This document shows positions 55,216-64,000 of a stretch of DNA of 64,000 bases, piece after piece; position 1 is the first letter of the stretch, and each line of letters opens with the position of its first letter. This DNA comes from Calditrichia bacterium (lineage in GTDB: Bacteria > Calditrichota > Calditrichia > JAJRVZ01), in NCBI GenBank assembly GCA_963796965.1, contig CAWCNS010000002.1:96001-160000 (forward strand), in the 5' to 3' direction. The notes under the pieces were generated by a model that searched no databases, was not told the origin of the DNA, and saw only the letters and a list, made by a program, of their open reading frames with translations. The position numbers and the translations under genes are program-made.

Positions 55216-56529
55216 TCAGGTTTTCATGGCCCCGCCAAATTGTATCCCTATTTTCTGCATCAAAGGGAAAGGCGGTTCGCCGCCGGCAAAGATAAAAACA
55301 TATGAGTTTGGAATAATAATCCTTTCATCATTATCTGTTTTTAAACTTACCTCTGTGTCCCCTATATCTGAAACAGTTGTATTAAAAAGAATTTTAATTC
55401 TTTTTTCGGCAATCATTTTAGATATTTTTTCCTCATTTTTACTCTTTAAACGAAAAAATGAAGATTTACGATAAGATACCGACACCACGTTACCCTTTTG
55501 GCTTGCTAGCCCAATTGCCGCCTCAACAGCACTATCGCCACCGCCAACAACCAAAAGATGCTCATTTTGATAGGTCTCTGCATCCATCAATTTATACATG
55601 ACTTTTGACAACTCCTCTCCGGGGACATTGAGTTTACGCGGTGTACCACGCCGTCCAAGTGCTAAAATAACAAAGTCGGATTCAAATCGATGATTTTGTG
55701 TAATTACGTTAAATCCGTTTTCCATATTCTCAATCGTGATCAGTTTTTCACCGGATTTAAAATTAATATTATATTTTTGGTGTATGATTTCCCAAATTTG
55801 CAGAAGTTCCTCTTTGCTATATTCCGGCTTGTTTAAAATACCATATAGAGGCATTTCCACTGGTCGCGTCATCACGATTTTTTTACGCGGATATTGTCGG
55901 ATAGTGCCACCAGATTCCTGCTGGTCAATAAGCACATAGTTCAGATGATGTTTTTCAGCCGTTAGGGCCGCGCTCATGCCAGCCGGCCCGGCGCCAACAA
56001 TCACAATATCATACTTTCCATTGCGGTTTTTCGGAGTAATTCTCTGGGCGATATCCTCCATAACGCCCTCACCTTGAACAATCGCATTTTTTATTAATGC
56101 CAAACCGGCCAGTTCGCCGGCGATATACAGTCCAGGTATACTGCTTTGATTTTTTTCATCCAGGACCGGGATGTCATCCCTGCTTTTGATGTCTCCCAGG
56201 CCTATTTTTATACCACTTACCGGACAAGCCTCAGCACACATTCCATGTCCGACACATTTCAGGCCATTGATAATAGTTGCTTTGCCCTGAACGATACCAA
56301 GAACATTACCCTCCGGGCAAGCTTCAACACAAGTACCGCAGCCGATGCAGCGATGATAGTCAATCTGAGGATATTGCGCCACCGGCTTGTCTGCCCCGAG
56401 CAGAGTCGCTTCATTCTTTCGTTGTTTATCTTCGCGATTCCTTCGCCGAAACTTAAAAGCATAAGGTAAAAATATGATAAGGATAACCAAAACTAACACC
56501 AGCCAGATAACCATCGATTCGAAATTCAT
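55216..56529 (-). CDS. Membrane-anchored ferredoxin-domain plus TrxB-like FAD/NAD(P)H oxidoreductase
   Basis: N-terminal TM helix; CIGCGTCVEACP and CVGHGMCAEACP; GLYIAGEL; IVGAGPAG; VVGGGDSAVEAA..SYRK. Confidence 0.85.
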   Translation of the reverse strand: MNFESMVIWLVLVLVILIIFLPYAFKFRRRNREDKQRKNEATLLGADKPVAQYPQIDYHRCIGCGTCVEACPEGNVLGIVQGKATIINGLKCVGHGMCAEACPVSGIKIGLGDIKSRDDIPVLDEKNQSSIPGLYIAGELAGLALIKNAIVQGEGVMEDIAQRITPKNRNGKYDIVIVGAGPAGMSAALTAEKHHLNYVLIDQQESGGTIRQYPRKKIVMTRPVEMPLYGILNKPEYSKEELLQIWEIIHQKYNINFKSGEKLITIENMENGFNVITQNHRFESDFVILALGRRGTPRKLNVPGEELSKVMYKLMDAETYQNEHLLVVGGGDSAVEAAIGLASQKGNVVSVSYRKSSFFRLKSKNEEKISKMIAEKRIKILFNTTVSDIGDTEVSLKTDNDERIIIPNSYVFIFAGGEPPFPLMQKIGIQFGGAMKT

Positions 56530-56578
56530 ATGTGATCCTTCACTTATAATAACCGTGACAGAAACTTCAGATCCTCGT

Positions 56579-58180
56579 TCAGAAACGATAGCCTATTTCT
56601 ATCATAAAATTATATCCCTCTCGGTCATCACCCCAGTCATAATTATAATACCCGGAAAGATAAATACCGGACCAGATACTGAACTGACTGCTAAAACGCA
56701 TCCAGAAATTACGCCGTTTTTGCTCAAACGATAACAACTGATAAGAATTTTGTCCCCCTGTAAGACTAAAATAATGTCCTGATGGAAAGCTTTTTGTAAT
56801 AAAAACCGTTGGGATCCACCCCTCAGTATAGTAATTTGAATAGAAGCTCAGATTCATACCGGCGCTGAGTCGCTTAATCAGTAAGTTTCTTTTACGTAAA
56901 GATGCCCGCCCGGTATAAGTGATTTGTGTGTCGTTCTGACGCTTTCTGGTTCCCACCTGCAAAGAAACGGTATAATTCTTTGGAAAATAAAGGTCCAGAT
57001 CGGCACGCAAACCGAATCTGGAAGCCATATCATAATAATCTTCCGGAATATCCATTGTCTCATAAGTGTAATAATTTTTTCGGTCATCAAATGATAGGCC
57101 GGCTATCACGATATCTGAAAAGCGATAACGCGCGGACAAATAAAGTGATGAAAGTGAAACCGCTTCACCGGTTTTTTCCTCCCGCCACAATCTGTTGATA
57201 TCTACATCCACGCTGTTATAGATAAATAATCTGTTTTTAAAGCTAAAACTTGATTGAAAGTACAGATTTTCTCTACTTATTGTTTTTCCATTATACTCAC
57301 TATTTAGAGCAAGGGATGTTTCAATCTTTGATGCACCTTTTCTGTCTGACCGATAGCCAAACACGAGACCATATTTTTGCCGGGATCCCTCAGCACCGGC
57401 AAACTGCCAGGAAGATTTCAAACCGCCATATACACCGATATGTACTCGTGGAGATAGATTGTATTTTAAGAACAAACCATCAATATACCCTACGCCACTT
57501 ATCTGATTGGCATGAAATCTACCGATAGAATAATTGAACGCAGAGGTCGGCTCATCGTAACTGAAAGAGAAGGTATAAATCCGGTTACGAAAAGTTTCCT
57601 GAGCGATGCCTGTCGAATAAGAACGGGATCGTTTATTTCTACGCAACCGTGTCCTAATGGTAAGGTTGTAATGTTTTCCCCACATTTCTTTCGCTTTTAA
57701 ATCAAAACGCAGGGTTGGTTGGTCAAAGTCCAGATTATTACCGGACAGATCCTCAATATGGTACCATTGCAGGGAGAGACCACCACGTATCCGTGCCCAT
57801 GGTTTACTTTTATTTATCCTGCGAGTTGGCGTATCCGGTTTATTTTCTGGTGTTGTCGCTATGATTAAAGCCTCACTCACTTTTTCTTTTTTTGATATTA
57901 ATTTTGCCAGATCTCCAACCTGTAACAGCGAAGATCGATTCAGAACTTTGCATGAGGCTGAATGCTGTGAAGTATGAATAACAAGAAGGGAGGCATCAGG
58001 TTGTCCCTTTTTTTCGACGATGAGCGTATCACCCACACTTAGCCCGGCATCTTCACCTTTGTCGATATAAACATTTTCTTTCGAGAGATAATTGATGTGA
58101 CCAATGATCTCTGTTTCCTGCGCATCTAGCAGACTTGTCAGGCTAAAAAGCAGAAATAAAAGGGTATATTTCACAAACAT
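56579..58180 (-). CDS. Outer-membrane beta-barrel protein (putative cytochrome-associated porin)
   Basis: Signal peptide, alternating amphipathic strands, C-terminal EIGYRF beta-signal; abuts the multiheme genes. Confidence 0.75.
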   Translation of the reverse strand: MFVKYTLLFLLFSLTSLLDAQETEIIGHINYLSKENVYIDKGEDAGLSVGDTLIVEKKGQPDASLLVIHTSQHSASCKVLNRSSLLQVGDLAKLISKKEKVSEALIIATTPENKPDTPTRRINKSKPWARIRGGLSLQWYHIEDLSGNNLDFDQPTLRFDLKAKEMWGKHYNLTIRTRLRRNKRSRSYSTGIAQETFRNRIYTFSFSYDEPTSAFNYSIGRFHANQISGVGYIDGLFLKYNLSPRVHIGVYGGLKSSWQFAGAEGSRQKYGLVFGYRSDRKGASKIETSLALNSEYNGKTISRENLYFQSSFSFKNRLFIYNSVDVDINRLWREEKTGEAVSLSSLYLSARYRFSDIVIAGLSFDDRKNYYTYETMDIPEDYYDMASRFGLRADLDLYFPKNYTVSLQVGTRKRQNDTQITYTGRASLRKRNLLIKRLSAGMNLSFYSNYYTEGWIPTVFITKSFPSGHYFSLTGGQNSYQLLSFEQKRRNFWMRFSSQFSIWSGIYLSGYYNYDWGDDREGYNFMIEIGYRF

Positions 58181-58181
58181 A

Positions 58182-60101
58182 CTAATCACCTTCTGATCTA
58201 CCATTTGGATGACAGTCATAACAGGCGCTGCTCAGATAAAGATAATCGTTTCTTTCCTTATGTTTCTCATCCATATCCGTTTTGTTATGTTCATGGCAAA
58301 AAATACATTCAAATTGTTTAAAATCAGATGGGGCCATATGGCAATCGGCACAGGTATCCCATTTTTCCCGATGCGCCCCGGAATAAATCGGGAAATACTG
58401 AGCATCATGATCCCAGGTTGTCTGATCCCAGGCAGTCGTATTATGGCAATTCTCACAAGTAACCGGAAATGCTGCAGCTATGTGGTTGGGATCATTAGTC
58501 CCATTATAATCGTCTTCATGGCAGGACAAACACTCCGTAGGAAGACCTGTGTACTGTCCATTCTTATGGCAATCCGTACAATTGGTCCGGAGATGAGCAC
58601 CGGTCAAAGGGAAATTAGTATCATCATGATTAAATGTGGCCGGCGACCAGGCTAGTTCGCTGTGACATTGCCGGCAATCATGAGAATATTGTCCCTGTAA
58701 ATGATTAGGATCAGTGACATCCACATAATCGTTTTCATGACAGGACCAACAGTCGGTAGGAATTCCGGTGTATTGACCATTGACATGGCAGCCGCTGCAG
58801 GCGACAGAAACATGAACACCAACTAACGGGAATTTTGTCAGATCATGATCAAAGGTCGCCGGTGACCAGGCAAGATCACTGTGGCATTGCAGGCAGTCAT
58901 GAGAGAACTGTCCCTGTGTATGATTGGGATCGGTGACACCCAAATAATCATTTTCATGGCAAGACCAGCAGTCAGTTGGGAGTCCGGTGTATTGACCATT
59001 AACATGACAACCATTGCAGGAGACAGAAACATGTGCACCGCTTAACGGAAATTGCGTCTGGTTATGATCGAAGGTTGCTGGTGACCATACCATTTCACTA
59101 TGACATACAAGGCAATCATAAGAAAATTGACCCGTGACATGATCAGGATCTTTTACCCCCTTAAAATCTGTCTCATGACAACCAAAACAGTCACGCGGTA
59201 GACCACTGATCTGATTATTTACATGGCAATTTATACATTGTATGGTCAGATGAGCGCCGCGAAGTTCAAAGCCAGATGCATTTAGGTGGTCAAAAACGGC
59301 ATCGTCCCAACGACTTTCATTATGGCAGGTTTCGCAGGTTGTCGGAAAACCGAATTTGACATGATCCGGATCTTGGGAAGAAGAATATTCTTCCATATGG
59401 CAGTCTTCACACCGGTTTGCTGTACCGGCAAATCCTGTTTGATGACAGTTATTACAATCGACCCTCAGATGAGCGCCGTTTAACAGAAATATCTGGGGAT
59501 GGAGATAATTAGTATGATACCACGAGGGTGCTGCCAGGGAATGACAGGACTCACAATCATTTGTAAATTCTGCCTGGATATGATTTGGATTTGTAGATGA
59601 ACGGTAAACCTGATAATGACATTGATCACAGGTCAGCGGTGTCGTTTTATACTCGTAGGGATCACTCCTTGAATGACAAGACTCGCAGTCCACAATAGCA
59701 TGGACGCCTACCAGGGGAAATCTCGTCGCACTATGCGTCTCAAATATTTCCTGAACATTATTCCAGGAGGCCGGTGTATGACAGTCCTGGCACTGAAAAC
59801 CTAATTCCGATTTATGTACATCTTCATGGCAGTCAATACAGGAGACACCAATATGTGAGAAAATTAAAATTGAGTGACAATCCCGGCAGGCGGTCCGGCG
59901 ATGTTGACCGTGCAATTTAAATCCTGTTGTTTCATGGTTAAAACGCATCGAATCAGGCTGCACTTGCCAATTTCGGGTGTTGTGGCACAACGAACATTCC
60001 ATATCGATACTACCATGAGGATTTTTCCCCGTCTCTTGCTCCGTCTGGATCAATGTCAGAAAAGATGTTGATATCATGGCTAACACAACGAGTAATTTCA
60101 T
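58182..60101 (-). CDS. Multiheme cytochrome c, 25 CxxCH motifs
   Basis: Motifs counted by hand; triheme repeats F(D/N)H..T.FPL.G.H...CxxCH; N-terminal signal/anchor. Confidence 0.95.
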   Translation of the reverse strand: MKLLVVLAMISTSFLTLIQTEQETGKNPHGSIDMECSLCHNTRNWQVQPDSMRFNHETTGFKLHGQHRRTACRDCHSILIFSHIGVSCIDCHEDVHKSELGFQCQDCHTPASWNNVQEIFETHSATRFPLVGVHAIVDCESCHSRSDPYEYKTTPLTCDQCHYQVYRSSTNPNHIQAEFTNDCESCHSLAAPSWYHTNYLHPQIFLLNGAHLRVDCNNCHQTGFAGTANRCEDCHMEEYSSSQDPDHVKFGFPTTCETCHNESRWDDAVFDHLNASGFELRGAHLTIQCINCHVNNQISGLPRDCFGCHETDFKGVKDPDHVTGQFSYDCLVCHSEMVWSPATFDHNQTQFPLSGAHVSVSCNGCHVNGQYTGLPTDCWSCHENDYLGVTDPNHTQGQFSHDCLQCHSDLAWSPATFDHDLTKFPLVGVHVSVACSGCHVNGQYTGIPTDCWSCHENDYVDVTDPNHLQGQYSHDCRQCHSELAWSPATFNHDDTNFPLTGAHLRTNCTDCHKNGQYTGLPTECLSCHEDDYNGTNDPNHIAAAFPVTCENCHNTTAWDQTTWDHDAQYFPIYSGAHREKWDTCADCHMAPSDFKQFECIFCHEHNKTDMDEKHKERNDYLYLSSACYDCHPNGRSEGD

Positions 60102-61795
60102 GATTTATTTCCTTCCTGATTGGCAGGGATATTACTGTGGCAGGCACTACAAGCTATGGCGAGTGGTTTATAAATTATGATTGCCTCGGAAGAATCAGAA
60201 TCTTTCTTATGGCATATAATGCATTTAAGATTTCGATGGGCACCTTCCAGTTTGAATCGGGAATCACGATCATGATCAAAGTTAACTGCACGCCAATTAG
60301 TAGATGTATGGCAGCGTTCACATTTGGTTAATCCGGCTTTACTGGTAGAAGAATCATCTTTTTCTGAAAATTGTCCGAGATGAATATCATTATGACAATC
60401 CTGACAAGATTTTTGTGCGATCTTAAATTTAAGCAGACCTTCTGTTTCCTTTCCATCACCATCCCGATGGCAACTTTTGCATTTGACAGTTTGATGTTTA
60501 CCCTCAAGTTTAAATTCTGTCTGAGTATGATCAAAAGTAATCATTTCCCAACTATTAACAGAATGACAAAACGCACATTTGTCTTTTTTCGGCTCAGATT
60601 TTACATAGCGGACATACTGCTCAGATGTTCCTTTATGCGGATCAGTATGACAACCCTTACATTCAATTGTCTTAAAGGTATATCTTTCAGTATTACTATA
60701 GGTCTTCTGATGACATCGGTTACAGGGTACAGCGAGATGTCCCCCCTCTAAAGGATAGCCGGCCTGATTATGCTCAGCCAAAGTAAAATCAGCCGGCTTA
60801 AAACCTTCTACCGTATGACAATCCTCACAGGCCCCTTTTTCCGGCCGATTGACAAACTGATGCTGATGATAATCCTGATGACAGTCCCTGCAATACCTGA
60901 ATTTTAATGCCTTTAATGTCCGGCCGGTTGAATGGCATTTGGAACATTGAACCGACTTGTGTTTAGCTACCAGAGGAAATCGGGTTTTATCATGATTAAA
61001 ACGATTATTGTTCACACCCTGCCATCCGGCTGTTGAATGACAATTGGTGCAGGAAGGACCAAGCCTCCCAAGATGAGGATCTTTATGGCAGCTGGTACAA
61101 GTCTCATATCGAATTCCAGTGTATTGTACATAGACCTTGGTAGAATTTTGAGACTTTACTGATACGTTTTTGTGGCAGGATGCGCAGGGAACCGTCAGAT
61201 GTTTGCCGGTCAAGGCGAATTTGCTCTTGTTGTGAGTAAAACTTACTCCCTGCTTCCAGCCCGACATTTTGTGGCATGTTAGACATTTTTTATCCAATTG
61301 GCCCTGGTGTTCATCCTGGTGACAGCTTAAACATTCCGATTGAAGTCCAAGAAACGTGGCGTCAAGATCTTTATGATTGGCGTGCAAGAGATCCTGATTA
61401 CTGATAAATTTTCTTTGATGACACTGACGACAATCAAGCTGCGCGTGCTTGCCCTGAAGCAGATATCCGGTCTTGGAATGATCGAAATTTTTCTGTTTCT
61501 CCTTCCACCAAATCAACTCGTACTCTCTGCCATGATGGTCGGAATGACATTGCGTACAGTTTTGATATTCTGCCTGAGCATGTAATCCCTTGTTCAGTTT
61601 GATGCGATCGTTCAACAAAACATGACAGACCAGACACCTATCTGGAGAGACTTTTTTCCCAATTTCATGGCATTTGGTACAATTTTGCATCCCTTCCAGA
61701 TCCGCATGCGGTTTGGCAAGATCACCGGGTGATAATTGAGCAGATAATTTCGCAATACCTGCCAAGAAAAGAAATGTAAAACAAAGTTTAATCAT
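60098..61795 (-). CDS. Multiheme cytochrome c, 20 CxxCH motifs
   Basis: Motifs counted by hand; signal peptide followed by SPG.L...H. Confidence 0.95.
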   Translation of the reverse strand: MIKLCFTFLFLAGIAKLSAQLSPGDLAKPHADLEGMQNCTKCHEIGKKVSPDRCLVCHVLLNDRIKLNKGLHAQAEYQNCTQCHSDHHGREYELIWWKEKQKNFDHSKTGYLLQGKHAQLDCRQCHQRKFISNQDLLHANHKDLDATFLGLQSECLSCHQDEHQGQLDKKCLTCHKMSGWKQGVSFTHNKSKFALTGKHLTVPCASCHKNVSVKSQNSTKVYVQYTGIRYETCTSCHKDPHLGRLGPSCTNCHSTAGWQGVNNNRFNHDKTRFPLVAKHKSVQCSKCHSTGRTLKALKFRYCRDCHQDYHQHQFVNRPEKGACEDCHTVEGFKPADFTLAEHNQAGYPLEGGHLAVPCNRCHQKTYSNTERYTFKTIECKGCHTDPHKGTSEQYVRYVKSEPKKDKCAFCHSVNSWEMITFDHTQTEFKLEGKHQTVKCKSCHRDGDGKETEGLLKFKIAQKSCQDCHNDIHLGQFSEKDDSSTSKAGLTKCERCHTSTNWRAVNFDHDRDSRFKLEGAHRNLKCIICHKKDSDSSEAIIIYKPLAIACSACHSNIPANQEGNKS

Positions 61796-61844
61796 AGATG
61801 TTAAATATTAGATCATCAACAGTTATTAATCGTATAACGGTTAA

Positions 61845-62729
61845 TCAAAATATCCATGTGTACCCCAATAACACTGTTATCAGTACATGAATAATCATTA
61901 TCAGATACATGACTATGGCAAACGGTTTATGGATAACATGCCAATAATGAAATAGATTATTAATATGTTGCCATAAAGTTATTTGTCGATGCAGGATCGC
62001 TTTCTTTTTTATATTATTAACTATAATCCGCGCCTTCTTTTTTGAAATCCCGGTCAGTCGTATGATTCTTTTTTTGGCCCTTCTCATTCGCAGGGGAAGG
62101 AATAGATCACTAAGGGCAAGTGAAAGGAGGATCCTAAGGGATCCTTTCGCGGCATCGATTTTACCAATAATCATTGTATCAATTTTAGCAATATAGTCTT
62201 CATCAATATGGTAGTTGGCAAAAACTTCCCGGGAAATTTTTTGATGGATTTCTTCCATTTCTTTTAAATTTAATTCAGTTCCTGTGATTGTTCTTGGGAT
62301 TTGGATATATAAATATCTTCCCAATACACCACTCAGAGCAACGGCAACCATTGACCAGAAACTAATGGCGACAATACCATTTAATTTAAACGACGAATGT
62401 AAGACAACGAAAAGCGGACCTGAAATCCCCAAAAAGATGTGGTAATTCAGCCACACGTTTATGGAGCCCCATTTCCCTAGAATCATGGATCTTTTACGTA
62501 TAGAATAAAGTAGCATTAATATCATCATCAATGAACCAATAACGCCTAAGCCATGTCCTATTAGTCCGCCTGGCTTTATCGTCTGATGTGCATTGTGATG
62601 TGGTCTTTCCAGATAGGGTGTCAGATAATAGCCAAAGCCCCGCCAAAAATAATAGATTAAAACGCAAAATGTGGTGATATACAGGAGGATTAAAACCCAA
62701 TCGGAAAAATTTCTATTTTTTTTACTCAT
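61845..62729 (-). CDS. His-rich integral membrane protein (ferric-reductase-like, putative heme b)
   Basis: TM helices with GHGLG, WLNYHIFLG...LHS, WHVIHKPF...IHV; ATG 62729 preferred. Confidence 0.75.
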   Translation of the reverse strand: MSKKNRNFSDWVLILLYITTFCVLIYYFWRGFGYYLTPYLERPHHNAHQTIKPGGLIGHGLGVIGSLMMILMLLYSIRKRSMILGKWGSINVWLNYHIFLGISGPLFVVLHSSFKLNGIVAISFWSMVAVALSGVLGRYLYIQIPRTITGTELNLKEMEEIHQKISREVFANYHIDEDYIAKIDTMIIGKIDAAKGSLRILLSLALSDLFLPLRMRRAKKRIIRLTGISKKKARIIVNNIKKKAILHRQITLWQHINNLFHYWHVIHKPFAIVMYLIMIIHVLITVLLGYTWIF

Positions 62730-63500
62730 AAGGTCAGAATACTTTATAAATGTGATAATTTTGAAAAATTTGATATCTTTTTTAGCGTGATTATTAAAAT
62801 TCGCCAGAATCTCCGTCATTCCCAATCCTGGAATTTTTCAGGACAGGATTACTTTAGATTCGAAAATAAATGGGAAGATGAAAGATGCTGAGATAAGTTT
62901 AGCCTGGCAGTTACAAAGTTCTCCCGATATATAGTAGTCCTGAAACACGTTCAGGTCAGCCAAATTCAAAATAATTATTTATTCGTATATACCTTCTTTA
63001 TTTAAACGTCTGCTGATGAATCGTTGAAATCAACAAATAAAAATTTCCCCAAATATCGTCATTTCCTTAATATAAAGATGTGATATATGTTGTATCGGTA
63101 AAAATTACAGAATTTTAAGCAATTTATCACAATTTTACATCGATGATAACACTTTCGTTGACAAAACATATTTTCTTATAAAAGAAATAGGCATAGTTTC
63201 GCTCTGCTTTTACACCGAATCAAATAAAAATATTGATTTATTAATATGAAGATAGGAGTTTTGAAAAATACCACTGCCTAGTATGAGGCAATTCTCTAAT
63301 AGTCTCAAAATCTTTAATACTAATTAGAAGATCGTATCATCTTGAATCGCGTTCAGACAGACGATCCCGCGCACATGTTTCTATTCTCAAACAAACGCAG
63401 GATATACAAATTCAAGACCTGAATCTTTCAGATCATCTAAACATATTTCAGAAATCCAAAAATATTTAAAAGAATAAGGGGTCTTAAAGATACAACAGGT

Positions 63501-63534
63501 AAAAAAAAACCGGAAATAAAGTTTATTTCCGGTT
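63501..63534 (-). terminator. Intrinsic terminator
   Basis: AACCGGAAATA stem followed by a T9 run on the minus strand. Confidence 0.8.
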
Positions 63535-63578
63535 CATGTTATCTATATCCTGGAGGTAGGATGTATGATAGGTATTAA

Positions 63579-63743
63579 TTAATCTAAAATAGTTTTTGTT
63601 AAAACAATCAATGCTGGTTTCAACTTGACTGAAAAGACATTAGCTAATCTTTTATAGACATCAGCCAAATCTGCAATAATGATATAGGCAAAAGGTATCA
63701 CAAATACGAGTATTACAAAGCCAATTATAACTTCCTTGATCAT
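63579..63743 (-). CDS. Small 54-aa single-TM protein
   Basis: RBS AAGGAG 6 nt before the ATG; MIKEVIIGFVILVFVIPFAYIIIADLADVYKRLANVFSVKLKPALIVLTKTILD; terminator downstream. Shorter than any ORF in the supplied track. Confidence 0.65.
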   Translation of the reverse strand: MIKEVIIGFVILVFVIPFAYIIIADLADVYKRLANVFSVKLKPALIVLTKTILD

Positions 63744-64000
63744 TCTCATCTCCTTACTTTTAAGTCATCTACGCTAGAAAAAACAAAATTGTTTCAATCC
63801 CAATCAACTTTTTTTGAAAAAATAAAAATTTACCTGATAAGCTAAAATTATCTCTTCGATTAATCTGAAAAATTCTTTAGAGCCTCATCCACACTCCACT
63901 TTATGGTGAGGAAGAAAGAAGAGTGAGCCAGAAACCCAGATTCAGAAAACATTAATAGACCTGAAACACAAGTTTATTTCGCCTTACTATCATTTATAAT

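Noticed and set aside
62830..63500. Gene or ncRNA in the long leader upstream of the cytochrome operon
   Set aside because: No credible ORF or recognisable RNA motif found by eye.

Overview
Bacterial chromosomal window, AT-rich and gene-dense. A Calditrichota/Ignavibacteriota-like lineage is inferred from the FlgD-Ig-type 'NFPNPFNP' tail, the TonB receptor/DUF4249 pair and the Kgd-type SucA; this is not proven. At least seven conserved genes are broken by small indels, most likely long-read assembly errors. Besides housekeeping genes (ferritin, ALDH, Lhr, PPi-PFK, Kgd, MmuM) and a Tat-exported PaoABC-like molybdoenzyme, four accessory systems stand out. (1) At 55.2-62.7 kb, a five-gene candidate trans-envelope electron conduit: a His-rich membrane protein, 20- and 25-heme cytochromes c, a beta-barrel porin and a membrane-anchored Fe-S/flavin oxidoreductase with a circularly permuted TrxB-like fold. 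(2) Directly downstream, a DUF3179-like probable selenoprotein whose in-frame TGA aligns with Cys in its tandem paralog and is followed by a SECIS-like hairpin. (3) An aromatic-carotenoid-like cluster (cyclase, crtI, crtB, Rieske oxygenase, methyltransferase, crtU-like) near a photolyase. (4) A LOV-PP2C blue-light sensor phosphatase. Intergenic regions carry several families of short inverted-repeat elements and heptamer tandem repeats. No rRNA, tRNA, CRISPR array or transposase was recognised.
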